A stretch of 64,000 bases of DNA, from NCBI GenBank assembly GCA_963696385.1, contig CAVOKF010000004.1, positions 864,001 to 928,000 of the forward strand, in the 5' to 3' direction. The notes under the pieces are model-generated. The model saw only the letters and a list, made by a program, of their open reading frames with translations. It was not told where the DNA came from and did no database searches. The translations under genes were made by a program, and so were the position numbers. This DNA is from an uncultured delta proteobacterium. Lineage in GTDB: Bacteria > Myxococcota_A > Polyangia > Polyangiales > Polyangiaceae. The stretch's first letter is position 1, and each line of letters begins with the position of its first letter. This document shows, one piece after another, positions 53,689 to 64,000 of this stretch.

Positions 53689-54795
53689 GTGAGCGATCTC
53701 GCACTTTCGTTCCTTCGCCTGGGAACCACGGCGTTCGGCGGCCCCGCTGCGCACATCGCGATGATGGAAGAAGAGTTCGTGCGGCGGCGGGCGTGGCTGA
53801 CGCGCGAGCAGTTCCTCGACATCGTCGGGGCGGCGGGCCTGATCCCAGGCCCGAGTTCGACCGAGGTGGCCATCTATATCGGCTACCGCCGCGCGGGGTG
53901 GCGAGGGCTGCTGGCCGCGGGCTTCTGCTTCATCCTTCCCGCCGCGCTCATGGTCACGGCGATCGCCTGGGCGTACGTCCGTTTCGGGCAGCTCCCCGCG
54001 GTGAGCGGCATGCTCTACGGCATCAAAGCGGTAGTCATGGCGATCCTGGCCCAGGCGCTTGTCGCCCTTGGGCGGAGCGCGGCCAAATCGGCATGGCTGG
54101 TCGCTCTCGGTGTCGCGGCGGCCGTCGCGAACCTACTGGGCGCTTCGCCCGTCGTCGTGCTCTTCGCGGCCGGCGTCCTGAGCACCGCCGCGTCGGTCCG
54201 CCCCCATGCGGGGGTGGCGCCCCTGATCTGGCCGGGTCCGCTCGGGGCATGCGCGGTCGCGGCCACCCCGGCCGGCTTGGCGAAGCTCTTTCTCGTGTTT
54301 CTGAAGATCGGCGCGGTCGTCTTCGGCAGCGGCTACGTCCTGCTCGCGTTCCTCCGCGCCGATCTCGTCGAGGGCAGGCGCTGGCTTACCGAGCCGCAGC
54401 TCATCGACGCGGTTGCGGTGGGACAGTTCACGCCGGGTCCGGTCTTCACGACCGCGACGTTCATCGGGTACGTCATCGCGGGCTTCCCCGGCGCGGTCGT
54501 CGCGACAATCGGCATCTTTCTCCCTTCGTTTCTCCTGGTCGCCGTCAGCGGGCCATTCATTCCGCGCCTGCGGCGATCGCGCGTCGCCGGGGCGTTCCTC
54601 GACGGCGTCAACGTGGCGGCACTCGCCCTCATGGCCGTCGTAGGCGTGCAGCTCGGCAAGGCTGCGATCGTCGACGCGCCGTCGGCGCTCCTGGCGGTTC
54701 TGAGCGCCGCCGCGCTCTTTCGGTGGCGGGTGAACTCCGCTTGGCTCGTGCTCGGTGGAGGTCTTCTCGGAACGGTCGTCCATGGGGTTCGATAG
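53689..54795 (+). CDS. chrA: Chromate efflux transporter (long-chain CHR)
   Basis: AFGGP, IPGP, FGSGYV, QFTPGP. Confidence 0.93.
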   Translation: MSDLALSFLRLGTTAFGGPAAHIAMMEEEFVRRRAWLTREQFLDIVGAAGLIPGPSSTEVAIYIGYRRAGWRGLLAAGFCFILPAALMVTAIAWAYVRFGQLPAVSGMLYGIKAVVMAILAQALVALGRSAAKSAWLVALGVAAAVANLLGASPVVVLFAAGVLSTAASVRPHAGVAPLIWPGPLGACAVAATPAGLAKLFLVFLKIGAVVFGSGYVLLAFLRADLVEGRRWLTEPQLIDAVAVGQFTPGPVFTTATFIGYVIAGFPGAVVATIGIFLPSFLLVAVSGPFIPRLRRSRVAGAFLDGVNVAALALMAVVGVQLGKAAIVDAPSALLAVLSAAALFRWRVNSAWLVLGGGLLGTVVHGVR

Positions 54796-54897
54796 ACCGG
54801 CCGGTAAAGCGGCGTCCGCCTGAGGAACGCCAAACGCTCCCCACGAGCGCGAGCGTTCGCGCGACCCCAAACGCCCTGGGTGCGGGGGTATCGCGGC

Positions 54898-55911
54898 CTA
54901 TGCGCGAGTCTTGCTCGCGCTCTTGTACGTCTCCAGAATTTTGATGTAGTTGGCGCGCTCGAACGACGTGGGATCTGCGACCTTGAGCTGGCTCATCGCT
55001 CCCTTCATCTGCGTGACGGACGTGTAACCGCGCTCTTCGAGCCATACGCGAAGACCGGTCACCAGCCTTCCGAGATGCGCGGGGCCGTGGGCGAGGACGG
55101 CCGAGGTGGTCATGACGGCGTCCGCCCCCGCGAGCAGGTACTTCACGACCTCGATTCCCGAGTGCACGCCCGTCGTCGCCGCGAGCGATGCCTTGATGCG
55201 CCCCGACAGAACGGCAATCCACAGCAGCGGCAGGCGGATCTCGCTCGGCGTGCTGAGCTCCAGGTTCGGCATGACCTCGAGGTGTTCGAGGTCGAAATCG
55301 GGCTGATAGAAGCGGTTGAACAGCACGAGCGCGTCGGCGCCGGCCTGGTCGAGCCGCCGGGCCATGTTCCCGAAGGCGCTGAAGAAGGGGCCCGTCTTCA
55401 GCGCGACCGGGATCGGGACGGCGGCTTTCACAGCGCGCAGGATGTCGACCAAGCGCTGTTCGACGTCGCGACCGTTCGTGTCCAGATCGGCCGCGATGAC
55501 ATACACGTTGAGCTCGATCGCCGATGCTCCGGCCTGGTGCATCTGCTTCGCGTAGTCGATCCATCCCTCGCTCGTCATGCCGTTGAGGCTCGCGATGACC
55601 GGTACGCGCACCGACTCGCGCGCCCTCCGGATGAGCTCGAGATAGCGATCAGGCCCGACACGGTAGGAGTCTGCCCGCGGAAAATAAGTGAGCGACTCGG
55701 CGAAGCTCTCGCTTCCCGCCGTCGAAAGCGCCTCGAGGGCCTCTTGCTCCGAGCGGATCTGCTCCTCGAAGAGCGAGAACATCACGACGGCCGAGGCGCC
55801 GCCGTCCTCCAAGCGCTTCACTCCGTCGATGTCCTTCGACAACGGCGAAGCCGAGGCGACCACCGGGTGCGCGAGCCTCATGCCCATGTACGTGGTCTCG
55901 AGATCGACCAT
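54898..55911 (-). CDS. Dihydroorotate dehydrogenase-like flavoprotein
   Basis: DLETTYMG, ASASPL, SLFEEQ, LFNRFYQPD, FERANY. Confidence 0.88.
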   Translation of the reverse strand: MVDLETTYMGMRLAHPVVASASPLSKDIDGVKRLEDGGASAVVMFSLFEEQIRSEQEALEALSTAGSESFAESLTYFPRADSYRVGPDRYLELIRRARESVRVPVIASLNGMTSEGWIDYAKQMHQAGASAIELNVYVIAADLDTNGRDVEQRLVDILRAVKAAVPIPVALKTGPFFSAFGNMARRLDQAGADALVLFNRFYQPDFDLEHLEVMPNLELSTPSEIRLPLLWIAVLSGRIKASLAATTGVHSGIEVVKYLLAGADAVMTTSAVLAHGPAHLGRLVTGLRVWLEERGYTSVTQMKGAMSQLKVADPTSFERANYIKILETYKSASKTRA

Positions 55912-55913
55912 GT

Positions 55914-58900
55914 TCACCCGCCTCGCGTCGCCATCTCGACGTACGTCTTCCAACGTTGCGTCACCGCTTCCTCTGCGAGGCCGAGCAACCGCGCGGCTTC
56001 GTCGGGATTCTGGTGCGTCAGCATGCGGTAGCGCAGTTCGTTGTACGCGTACTCGCGGAAGGGTAGCGTGGGCCGCGGCGAATCGAGGACGAAGGGGTTC
56101 TCTCCCGAGCTGCCGAGGACGGGGTTGTAGCGAACGAGCGGCCAGTAACCGCAGTGGACCGCGAGCGTTTGCTGGTGGAGCCCGCGCTCCATGTCGATCC
56201 CGTGCGCAATGCAGGGGCAGTACGCGAGGATGAGCGAAGGTCCGGGGTAGGCCTCGGCCTCGCGAAAGGCGACGAGCGTCTGCTGTGGGTTCGCGCCCAG
56301 CGCGACGCGCGCGACGTAGACGTTGCCGTACGAGATGGCTTGCAGGGCGATGTCCTTCTTGCCCACCTGCTTGCCGCCCGCTGCGAACTTGGCGACGGCG
56401 CCGATCGGCGTGGACTTGGAGGCCTGACCCCCGGTGTTCGAGTAGACCTCCGTGTCGAGTACGAGGATGTTCACATTGCGGCCGCTCGCGAGGACGTGGT
56501 CCACCCCGCCCGAGCCGATGTCGTAGGCCCAGCCGTCACCGCCGACGATCCAGACGCTGCGCCGCACGAGGCAAGCCGCGACGGAACGCAGCGCGATGGC
56601 CCTCGGGTTCGACGAGCCCTCGAGCTTTCCGAGGAGAGTGGCTACGCGCTCGCGCTGCGCGCGTATCTCGCTTTCGAGGACCTGCGGCGCCGCGAGGATC
56701 TCGTCGACCAGTCCCGGTCCGATCTCGCTCGCGAGCTCTCGCGAGAGGCGCGCGGCGTGCTCGGCGTGCTGATCGTTCGCGAGGCGGAAGCCGAGCCCGA
56801 ACTCGGCGTTGTCCTCGAAGAGCGAGTTGGACCAAGCGGGGCCGCGGCCCTCGGCGTTCACCGTCCAGGGCGTGGTCGGGAGGTTCCCACCGTAGATCGA
56901 CGAGCAGCCGGTCGCGTTCGCGACGAGCAGGCGATCGCCGAAGAGTTGCGAGAGGAGCTTCAGGTAAGGGGTCTCTCCGCACCCCGCGCACGCGCCGGAG
57001 AACTCGAAGAGCGGCTCGAGGTACTGCGTGCCGCGCACGGTCGAGAAGTCGACGCGCGTGCGATCGTTGTTCGGGATGGCCTCGAAAAACGTGAGGTTCT
57101 CGCGCGCCGTGTCGAGGAGCGGTTCAATGGGTCCAAGGTTGATGGCGCGCTTGCGGCTCTCGTCCTTCGCCTTGACCGGGCAGGCATCGACGCAGAGCCC
57201 GCAGCCGGTGCAGTCTTCGACGTAAACCTCGAGCGTGTACCGGATTCCCGGAAAGCCGCGAACGTCGATGGGAGCGCTCTTGAAGCTCGCGGGTGCGCCG
57301 CGCAAGCGCTCGTCCTCGTAGAACTTCGCGCGGATGACGGAGTGAGGACACACGATGGAGCAATGGCCGCACTGGATGCAGAGCGAGGGCTCCCATACGG
57401 CAACGAGCTGGGAGACGTTGCGCTTCTCCCACTTCGTCGTTCCGCTTGGGTACGTACCATCCACCGGCAGGGCGCTCACCGGGATCTCGTCGCCTCGACC
57501 CGCCATCATCCGCGCCGTCACGTCGCGCACGAACGCGGGGGCGTCCGGCGGGACGACCGGGAGCCTTCGCCGGTGCGACGTGACGCGCTCGGGGACCGTG
57601 ACCTGGGACAGCTCGGCAAGCGTCTGGTCGACTGCGGCGAAGTTCTTCCCTACGACCTCGGCGCCCTTGACGCCGTACGTCTTCTCGATCGACTGCCGGA
57701 TTTTCGCCATGGCCTCTGCGCGCGGCAGGACACCCGAGATGGCGAAAAAGCATGTCTGCATGATCGTGTTCGTGCGCGAGCCCATGCCCGCCGCGCGCGC
57801 GACCTTGGACGCGTCGATCACCCAGAGCGAGACGTGCTTGTCGACGATCGCCTGCTGGACCTCGACGGTCAACTCCGCCCACACGTCGTCTCGCGAGTGG
57901 ACGGTGTCGACCAGGAGCGTCGCGCCGTGAGCCGCGAAGCGCAGGATGTCGAAACGCTCGAGAAAGCCGAACTGGTGGCAGCCGATGAAGCTCGCGGACT
58001 GGATGAGGTAGGTCGATCGGATGGGCGCGGGGCCGAAGCGCAGATGGGACGTGGTCTGCGAGCCGGATTTCTTGGAGTCGTAGACGAAATACGCCTGCGC
58101 GTAGACCGCGGGATCCTCGGCGATGATCTTGATGGTGTTCTTGTTCGCGCCGACCGTCCCGTCTGCGCCGAGGCCGAAGAACATGGCGCGGACGACGCCG
58201 TCGGACTCGATGTCGAACGACGCGTCGAACGGCAGACTCGAGTGGCCGACGTCGTCGTCGATACCGACCGTGAAGTGGTTGCGGGGCGCGGTCCGGGCGA
58301 GCTCGTCGTAGACCGCCTTCACCATGGCCGGTGTGAACTCCTTGGACCCGAGCCCGTAGCGGCCGCCGATGACCCGCGGAAACGAGGGCAGCCGGAGCCT
58401 TCCGGCCGCGTGCGCCTCGGCGAGCGCGGTGACGACGTCCATGTAGAGCGGCTCGCCAATCGCACCGGGTTCCTTGGTGCGGTCGAGGACCGCGATCGCC
58501 CGCGTCGTCGCCGGCAGGACCTCGATCAGGTGTTCGACCGAGAATGGCCGGTACAGGCGCACCGCGACGATCCCGACGCGGGCTCCGCGTGCGTTCAGCC
58601 ACTCTGCCGTCTCGCGTGCGGTCTCGACGCCGGATCCCATCAGCACGAGCAGCCGCTCGGCGTTCGGATCGCCGAAATAATCGAATGGCCGGTACGTGCG
58701 CCCCGTCACCTGTGAAAACCGCGCCATCGTCTCGGCGACGATCCCGGGCATGCGCGCGTAGTAGGGAGTCACGGTCTCGCGGGACTGGAAGAACACATCG
58801 GGGTTCTGCGCCGTGCCCCGCACGAAAGGGCGATCCGGCGAGAGCGCGCGAGCGCGATGCGCGAGCACCCATGCGTCGTCGACCAGCGCGCGCAGGTCGT

Positions 58901-59483
58901 CGTCCGAGAGCACGGCGATCTTGTTGATCTCGTGTGACGTGCGGAAGCCGTCGAGGAAATGGACGATCGGAATGCGCGCGCGCAGAGTCGCCGCGTGGGC
59001 GATCGCCGCGAGGTCGTGCGCCTCCTGGACCGAGTCGCTCGCCAGCACGGCGAAGCCCGTCGATCGGACCGCCATGACGTCGGAGTGATCGCCGAAGATG
59101 CTGAGCGCCTGGGTGGCGATCGCCCGCGCCGCCACGTGGATCACCGCGGACGTGAGCTCCCCGGCGATCTTGTACATGTTGGGGATCATCAGAAGCAGGC
59201 CCTGCGACGCCGTGAAGGTCGTCGTCAGCGCTCCGCTCTGCAGCGCGCCGTGCAGCGTGCCCGCCGCGCCGCCTTCGCTCTGCAACTCGACCACCGTCGG
59301 AACGCTGCCCCACAAGTTCTTTCGGCGCTCGGTGGCCCACTGGTCGGCGAGCTCCGCCATCGTGGAGGACGGCGTGATCGGATAGATCGCGCAGACCTCG
59401 ACGAGCCGATAGGCGACCGAAACGGCGGCTTCGTTGCCGTCGAGGGTCGCGACGTGCGGCGCGCTCGCGGCGCTCGTCGTCAC
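55914..59483 (-). CDS. nifJ: Pyruvate:ferredoxin/flavodoxin oxidoreductase
   Basis: YPITPS, GADGTVG, two CxxCxxC clusters, GACAGCGE, GGDGWAYDIG. Confidence 0.96.
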   Translation of the reverse strand: MTTSAASAPHVATLDGNEAAVSVAYRLVEVCAIYPITPSSTMAELADQWATERRKNLWGSVPTVVELQSEGGAAGTLHGALQSGALTTTFTASQGLLLMIPNMYKIAGELTSAVIHVAARAIATQALSIFGDHSDVMAVRSTGFAVLASDSVQEAHDLAAIAHAATLRARIPIVHFLDGFRTSHEINKIAVLSDDDLRALVDDAWVLAHRARALSPDRPFVRGTAQNPDVFFQSRETVTPYYARMPGIVAETMARFSQVTGRTYRPFDYFGDPNAERLLVLMGSGVETARETAEWLNARGARVGIVAVRLYRPFSVEHLIEVLPATTRAIAVLDRTKEPGAIGEPLYMDVVTALAEAHAAGRLRLPSFPRVIGGRYGLGSKEFTPAMVKAVYDELARTAPRNHFTVGIDDDVGHSSLPFDASFDIESDGVVRAMFFGLGADGTVGANKNTIKIIAEDPAVYAQAYFVYDSKKSGSQTTSHLRFGPAPIRSTYLIQSASFIGCHQFGFLERFDILRFAAHGATLLVDTVHSRDDVWAELTVEVQQAIVDKHVSLWVIDASKVARAAGMGSRTNTIMQTCFFAISGVLPRAEAMAKIRQSIEKTYGVKGAEVVGKNFAAVDQTLAELSQVTVPERVTSHRRRLPVVPPDAPAFVRDVTARMMAGRGDEIPVSALPVDGTYPSGTTKWEKRNVSQLVAVWEPSLCIQCGHCSIVCPHSVIRAKFYEDERLRGAPASFKSAPIDVRGFPGIRYTLEVYVEDCTGCGLCVDACPVKAKDESRKRAINLGPIEPLLDTARENLTFFEAIPNNDRTRVDFSTVRGTQYLEPLFEFSGACAGCGETPYLKLLSQLFGDRLLVANATGCSSIYGGNLPTTPWTVNAEGRGPAWSNSLFEDNAEFGLGFRLANDQHAEHAARLSRELASEIGPGLVDEILAAPQVLESEIRAQRERVATLLGKLEGSSNPRAIALRSVAACLVRRSVWIVGGDGWAYDIGSGGVDHVLASGRNVNILVLDTEVYSNTGGQASKSTPIGAVAKFAAGGKQVGKKDIALQAISYGNVYVARVALGANPQQTLVAFREAEAYPGPSLILAYCPCIAHGIDMERGLHQQTLAVHCGYWPLVRYNPVLGSSGENPFVLDSPRPTLPFREYAYNELRYRMLTHQNPDEAARLLGLAEEAVTQRWKTYVEMATRGG

Positions 59484-61108
59484 GGCTCGGGCCTCATTTC
59501 GATGGCGTGACAGGGGCACTGCTCGAAGCAGATCGCGCAGCCGGTACAGCGATCGTAATCGTAGCGATAGCGCCGCCCCGGTCCGAGCTTGATGATGGCG
59601 CCCTCGGGGCAAGCGCCGTAACACGCGTCGCACTCGAAGCAGTTGCCGCACGACAAGCAGCGCTTCGCCTCGAACGTCGCATCGCTCTCGCTCAGGCCGA
59701 AGGTCACCTCTTCGAAGCTCGCGCTCCGGCGCGCCTCGTCGAGGTGCTGCTGCTGCCGCCTTGCCGCGTCGGTGTAGAAAGGAAGGTGGAGCATGCCGAA
59801 GGTGGCCGTCGGATGCTTCGACGCCTTGGCGACGGCCTCGCCGGCCTTCAGGTACAGGTCGATGTTGCGCGCCGCCTTCTTCCCGTGGCCGACGGCCACG
59901 GTGACGGTGCGCTCGGACGGAACCATGTCGCCGCCGGCGAAGACGCCGTCGTGCCCGGTCATCAGCCCGGGCGACACGGCGATCGTGCCGTCGCTCTTGA
60001 ATTCGAGCCCCGGGACGTTCCTCAAGAAGCCCGTGTCGACGTCTTGCCCGAGCGCGAGGACGAGCGAGTCGGCCTCGATCGTCTCGAGGCGTCCGGTGGG
60101 CTGCGGGCGCCCCTCGGCGTCGAGCGCCATGACCTCGACCGTGAACGAGCTCGCGTCGATCATCTTGATCGTGCGAAGCCAGTGGATCTTCACCCCCTCG
60201 GCCAACGCCTCGTCGGCCTCCTCGGGCGTGGCGGGCATGTGATCGCGATCGCGGCGATAAATGATGAGAGGCTCGTAGCCGAGCCGCCGGGCGGTGCGCG
60301 CGGCGTCCATCGCAGTGTTGCCGCCGCCGTAGATCGCGACGCGCCGGCCGAGCTGGGGCGGCGAGCCGGCGCGCGCCCCGCGCAGGAACGCGAGCGCGTC
60401 GAACATCTTCCCTGCGTCGCGCCCCGGAATCTCGGTCCGCCTGCCGATGTGCGCGCCGATCGCCAGGAACACCGCGTCGAAGGCGCCTTCGCTCTTCTCG
60501 GCGAGAAGGTTCTCGACCTTGTGCTCGAAGACGAACCGCACGCCCATCCTCTCGATGCGGCGCACTTCGTCTAAAAGCACGTCACGGGGGAGGCGATAGG
60601 CGGGGATGCCGAAGACCATCATCCCGCCGGCGACGGGTCCGGCCTCGCGAACCTCGACCTCGTGGCCGAGGCGCGCGAGGTGATAAGCGGCCGATAGACC
60701 GCTCGGCCCCGCTCCGACGACGAGGACGCGCCGGCCGCTCGCGGGTGCGTCGGCAGCAACCTGCCATCCTTCCTCTCGCGCGCGATCGCCAAGGAAGCGT
60801 TCGACGGCGTGGATGCTCACGGCCGAGTCGAGCTGGCCGCGATTGCAGCGCGGTTCGCACGGGTGATAGCAGGCGCGGCCGTGGACGGCGGGAAGGGGGT
60901 TGTCGCGCACGAGCAGGCGCCAGGCGTCCTCGAGTCGACCCGCCTCGACGAGCGCGAGCCATCCCTGGATGTCCTCTCCCGCCGGGCAGGCCTGATTGCA
61001 AGGTGGCAGCAGATCGACGTACTCCGGTCGCTGAAGACGCACCGGCCCGGTCCGGCGCGGGTGGGCGAGGTCGGGTGGAGCGGTCAGGTCTTTGCGTGAG
61101 GCGGTCAT
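59480..61108 (-). CDS. GltD-like NAD(P)/FAD oxidoreductase with C-terminal 2[4Fe-4S]
   Basis: PCNQACP, GRACYHPCE, GAGPSG, GGGNTAMD, CLSCGNCFEC, CTGCAIC. Confidence 0.92.
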   Translation of the reverse strand: MTASRKDLTAPPDLAHPRRTGPVRLQRPEYVDLLPPCNQACPAGEDIQGWLALVEAGRLEDAWRLLVRDNPLPAVHGRACYHPCEPRCNRGQLDSAVSIHAVERFLGDRAREEGWQVAADAPASGRRVLVVGAGPSGLSAAYHLARLGHEVEVREAGPVAGGMMVFGIPAYRLPRDVLLDEVRRIERMGVRFVFEHKVENLLAEKSEGAFDAVFLAIGAHIGRRTEIPGRDAGKMFDALAFLRGARAGSPPQLGRRVAIYGGGNTAMDAARTARRLGYEPLIIYRRDRDHMPATPEEADEALAEGVKIHWLRTIKMIDASSFTVEVMALDAEGRPQPTGRLETIEADSLVLALGQDVDTGFLRNVPGLEFKSDGTIAVSPGLMTGHDGVFAGGDMVPSERTVTVAVGHGKKAARNIDLYLKAGEAVAKASKHPTATFGMLHLPFYTDAARRQQQHLDEARRSASFEEVTFGLSESDATFEAKRCLSCGNCFECDACYGACPEGAIIKLGPGRRYRYDYDRCTGCAICFEQCPCHAIEMRPEP

Positions 61109-61570
61109 GAGGGCGTCGTTCTCGCGAGCGGCAATGAGCGGCGCCTCACCGGGCCGATGAAGACTGTGTGCACGTCAGCGGAATGGCGCCGGGGCATGCT
61201 ACGGCAGGCGCAACGGTTAAACACACCGATGTGTCGGATGTCATCGAACGCGAGACTGTGACCGAAATTCGATGGTCCACCTCGAGACGTTCAAGCGCGT
61301 CGGCACTCGGGATCCTTGCACCCGCACCCGCAGGCGGTCCTGAGGATGCGGGGTGCGTGGATTCGCCGCGGGTGGCGGCGTTGGTTTTGCGCCGGGCAGG
61401 GCTTGTCCTCGGAGGGGTCGACCGGCCCCTGAGGGGCCTTCCTGTTTGTCAATGATTCCAAGTGGCTGCCCAGAATCGCACGCACCGGGGATCAAAACGC
61501 CGTGCTGCCGTCATTCGTAGAGCAACCTGGCGCTGAGAAGAGGCCATCCGAAGAAGCGCGAACAAGAACG

Positions 61571-62584
61571 ATGCCGCCCCGCATAATGCTGCTGTTGGTA
61601 GGTCTCCTCGTAGCGGCGCGTGTGCGTGTGTCGCGGGCTGACGAACGGAGCGGTCAGCCGGTCATCGTGGTTCGATACGACGCGCCACCCGAATGTCCGA
61701 GCTCCGAGAGCTTTGTTGAGTCGGTGTGTGCGGAGATCGCCCGCCGAAGCTCATTCATCGGACCGCCCGTTCAGGTGATCGTCACGATTGCGCGGGAGGA
61801 CGACGGCTATTCCGCAACGGCTGTCTCGGACGCCCATGGCGGCACGCTACTCGAGCGAACGGTGCGCGCTCCGACCTGCGACGAGTTGACCGAGATTGCG
61901 GCTACGATCGTAGCCCTTGCGCAAACGGATGTCCGCCCCCCTCCGGACCCGATCGCCCCGCAAGGGCCGCGCCCCGTGGCCTCGCACGAGATCCGCTCGC
62001 CGCCGCCGACGGTCGGCGACCGGACAGGGCGCGCCCTCACCTACTCCTTTTCGTTGGGATACGGCGCGTTTACCGCCGGTCCTGCAGAGCCGGTCGTTCG
62101 GGCCAACGGGCAAGTGACGACATTCAATCCGGCTCAGGGCGTACGCCTCGGATTCGGAGTCGCTCACGCATTGGGCTGGTGGCAGCAGTCGGCGCATGTG
62201 AGCGTGGCCTATTACCGTCAAAGCACGACGACCGTTTCGGCCCCCGTCGATCCTTTGCCAATACCTTCGCCAGGGGCGAGCCTCGACGACCGGGACGTGC
62301 TCCACGCCACCGTCGACGCGTGCCCTGTGCATGTCGAGTACAAATTTCTCTCGCTCATCCCCTGCGTGACGTTTTCGATGATCGAGAGCCAAGGCACCAG
62401 CGGATACGATCCGAACCTCGAGACGGGGTTGGGCGCTTCTGGCCGCATCCGCCTGGGATTTGCCAAATCATTCTTCGTCGAGGCGCTCGGCGCCGCAGTC
62501 GGTTTGTTGTCGTCCGAGGAGCCGGTGGTGTCGCACCACGTGCGTCTTTTCTATGCGCTGTCGCTGGGCGTGACGCTGCCATGA
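61571..62584 (+). CDS. Hypothetical exported protein, first gene of an ECF operon
   Basis: Signal peptide, YDAPPECP...TCDE, Pro linker, beta-strand-rich C-terminus. Confidence 0.7.
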   Translation: MPPRIMLLLVGLLVAARVRVSRADERSGQPVIVVRYDAPPECPSSESFVESVCAEIARRSSFIGPPVQVIVTIAREDDGYSATAVSDAHGGTLLERTVRAPTCDELTEIAATIVALAQTDVRPPPDPIAPQGPRPVASHEIRSPPPTVGDRTGRALTYSFSLGYGAFTAGPAEPVVRANGQVTTFNPAQGVRLGFGVAHALGWWQQSAHVSVAYYRQSTTTVSAPVDPLPIPSPGASLDDRDVLHATVDACPVHVEYKFLSLIPCVTFSMIESQGTSGYDPNLETGLGASGRIRLGFAKSFFVEALGAAVGLLSSEEPVVSHHVRLFYALSLGVTLP

Positions 62585-63204
62585 CCGCCATCGCGCGCAA
62601 GCCCACGACGACGGACCTCGAGTCTGAGGCGTCCGAACTCTCGGTTGCACGAGGGGATGGTCAGTCGATGTCCGAAGGCGTACCGGCGGGATCCGAAGCC
62701 GCATCGCCCCATGATCGCGAGCGGCTCCTTGGGGTCGTTCGCGAGCATATCGACTTCGTTTGGCGGGTGCTTCGCCGCCATGGCTTGTCCAGCGCGGATG
62801 CGGACGACGGTGTGCAGCGAGTCTTTCTCGTGTTTCGCGAAAAAGCCGGCGGCGTCGCACCTGGGGCAGAAAAAGGGTTCCTCTTCCGGGTGGCCAGCTT
62901 CATCGCGAGAGAAGTTCGCCGCGTCCGCCCCTTCGAAGAGCCGACCGACGCAAACGTGACGGCCGAACGATCGCCTTCGGACCGGGTTGAGGCGGCCGAC
63001 TTTCTCGACAAGATCATGCGCGAATTGGAGGACGACGAACGTGCTGTGTTTCTCCTGTTCGAGGTCGAAGGTCTCACGATGATCGAGATTGCGCGAATCC
63101 TCGATTGCCCTCAAGGAACCGTCGCCTCCCGTCTCCGCCGCGCACGCGACAAGGTGAGAACCGCGGCGGCGCGTCTGGATCCCACCGACGGAGGTGCCGC
63201 TTGA
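62581..63204 (+). CDS. ECF sigma factor
   Basis: FVWRVLRR, DADDGVQRVF, GTVASRLRRAR; ATGA overlap. Confidence 0.9.
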   Translation: MTAIARKPTTTDLESEASELSVARGDGQSMSEGVPAGSEAASPHDRERLLGVVREHIDFVWRVLRRHGLSSADADDGVQRVFLVFREKAGGVAPGAEKGFLFRVASFIAREVRRVRPFEEPTDANVTAERSPSDRVEAADFLDKIMRELEDDERAVFLLFEVEGLTMIEIARILDCPQGTVASRLRRARDKVRTAAARLDPTDGGAA

Positions 63205-64000
63205 GCTCGTTGGACCGATTGTCGAACGATCCCGCGGTCCCCGCATCCGTTCGCCACGCCCTGGAGCGGGCCGCGGCCGAGCGGGCATCGCCCGAGCTTT
63301 TGAATCGAGTGCTCGCCGCGACGGGTCTAGGGGCGGGCGCGGCGGCAGCGATGGGCGTGGGCGCGGCGGGAAAGATTTCGCCGTTCGCATCCACACTGTT
63401 CGGGGCCTCCTTTGCGGCAAAATGCGGCGTCGCAGTGGCCATCTTCGTTGCCGGTGGCTTGGTGGGCGGCCTGGTCGTGCATCGGCACGACGCACGGCAG
63501 GCGGCGCTCGACTTGGCGACTCCTCTGCGGACTCCGCGAGCCCCTCTTCGGTCGCCGCTTCACCAGACGGTCGAAACGGAGAATGCGCTCGGGCCGTCGC
63601 CTCTGGGGCCGTCGACCGGCGCCTCCGCTCCGCCCACCAGCACGCCGGCGCCGGACTCCCTGCCTCCTCGACGGGCATCGCGTCCGGCGCGGCACGGGGC
63701 GGATTCGCCGAAGGAGCGCCAAGCGCCGAGCCCCTCGTCGCCCGCACGACCTTCGGCCCCATCGTCGCGCGACCAACTGGGGAGCTTGCGAACGATCGTC
63801 GATGCGATTGAGAGTCATCGTCCGGCGGACGCGCTCGCCACGATCGAGGCCCATCGAAGTCAGTTCCCTGCGACCGAGTTTGACCAAGAGCTCCTGTTTT
63901 TCGAGGCGCAGGCGAGAGCCGCTCGCGGTGAGCCCGCTGCGTGCGGCCTTCTCGATCGCCTCGAGACTATTTATCCACACAGTCTTCTCCTTCCGAGGGT
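63201..64000 (+). CDS. Putative single-TM anti-sigma factor (runs off window)
   Basis: TTGA overlap; hand translation MSSLDRLSND..., TM, Pro/Ser linker, TPR-like ALATIEAHRSQFP. Confidence 0.7.
   Translation, partial: MSSLDRLSNDPAVPASVRHALERAAAERASPELLNRVLAATGLGAGAAAAMGVGAAGKISPFASTLFGASFAAKCGVAVAIFVAGGLVGGLVVHRHDARQAALDLATPLRTPRAPLRSPLHQTVETENALGPSPLGPSTGASAPPTSTPAPDSLPPRRASRPARHGADSPKERQAPSPSSPARPSAPSSRDQLGSLRTIVDAIESHRPADALATIEAHRSQFPATEFDQELLFFEAQARAARGEPAACGLLDRLETIYPHSLLLPR

Noticed and set aside
56154..59340. Long antisense or alternative-frame ORFs (also 5770-7554, 14098-16053, 31777-33948, 49201-51387)
   Set aside because: Arg/Ala-rich shadow ORFs of real genes, expected in high-GC DNA.
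61110..61500. Riboswitch or ncRNA in the long intergenic region (also 42830-43050)
   Set aside because: GC-rich hairpins only; no recognisable family motif without an Rfam search.

Overview
GC-rich, gene-dense bacterial window. The gene style (many ECF sigma factors, Cys-rich lipoproteins, FGE-domain paralogues, Uma2 nuclease) suggests Myxococcota/Polyangiaceae; this is inference only. Left to right: partial TolC gene and a two-component/SPFH locus; an RND-OsmC-DUF6132 cluster sharing a repeated ECF-type promoter near an ECF sigma fused to a zinc-binding anti-sigma domain; a decayed ars locus; an IS66 remnant; a RelE/XRE toxin-antitoxin pair; an ECF sigma factor fused to a phenylalanyl-tRNA-synthetase-alpha-like domain (top finding); REC-EAL; a ppk2+Uma2 segment bracketed by a 116-bp duplicated gene end; a Wsp-like chemosensory operon feeding a kinase cascade; two FGE-sulfatase-domain lipoproteins; an ECF/NrsF pair divergent from a lipoprotein with two truncated-haemoglobin domains; an orphan DNA methyltransferase; a Rieske lipoprotein; a FIST signalling operon; chrA; a GltD-like/nifJ/DHOD-like operon; and a final ECF operon. 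No rRNA, tRNA or CRISPR array was recognised. All family calls come from motif recognition by eye, not database searches.
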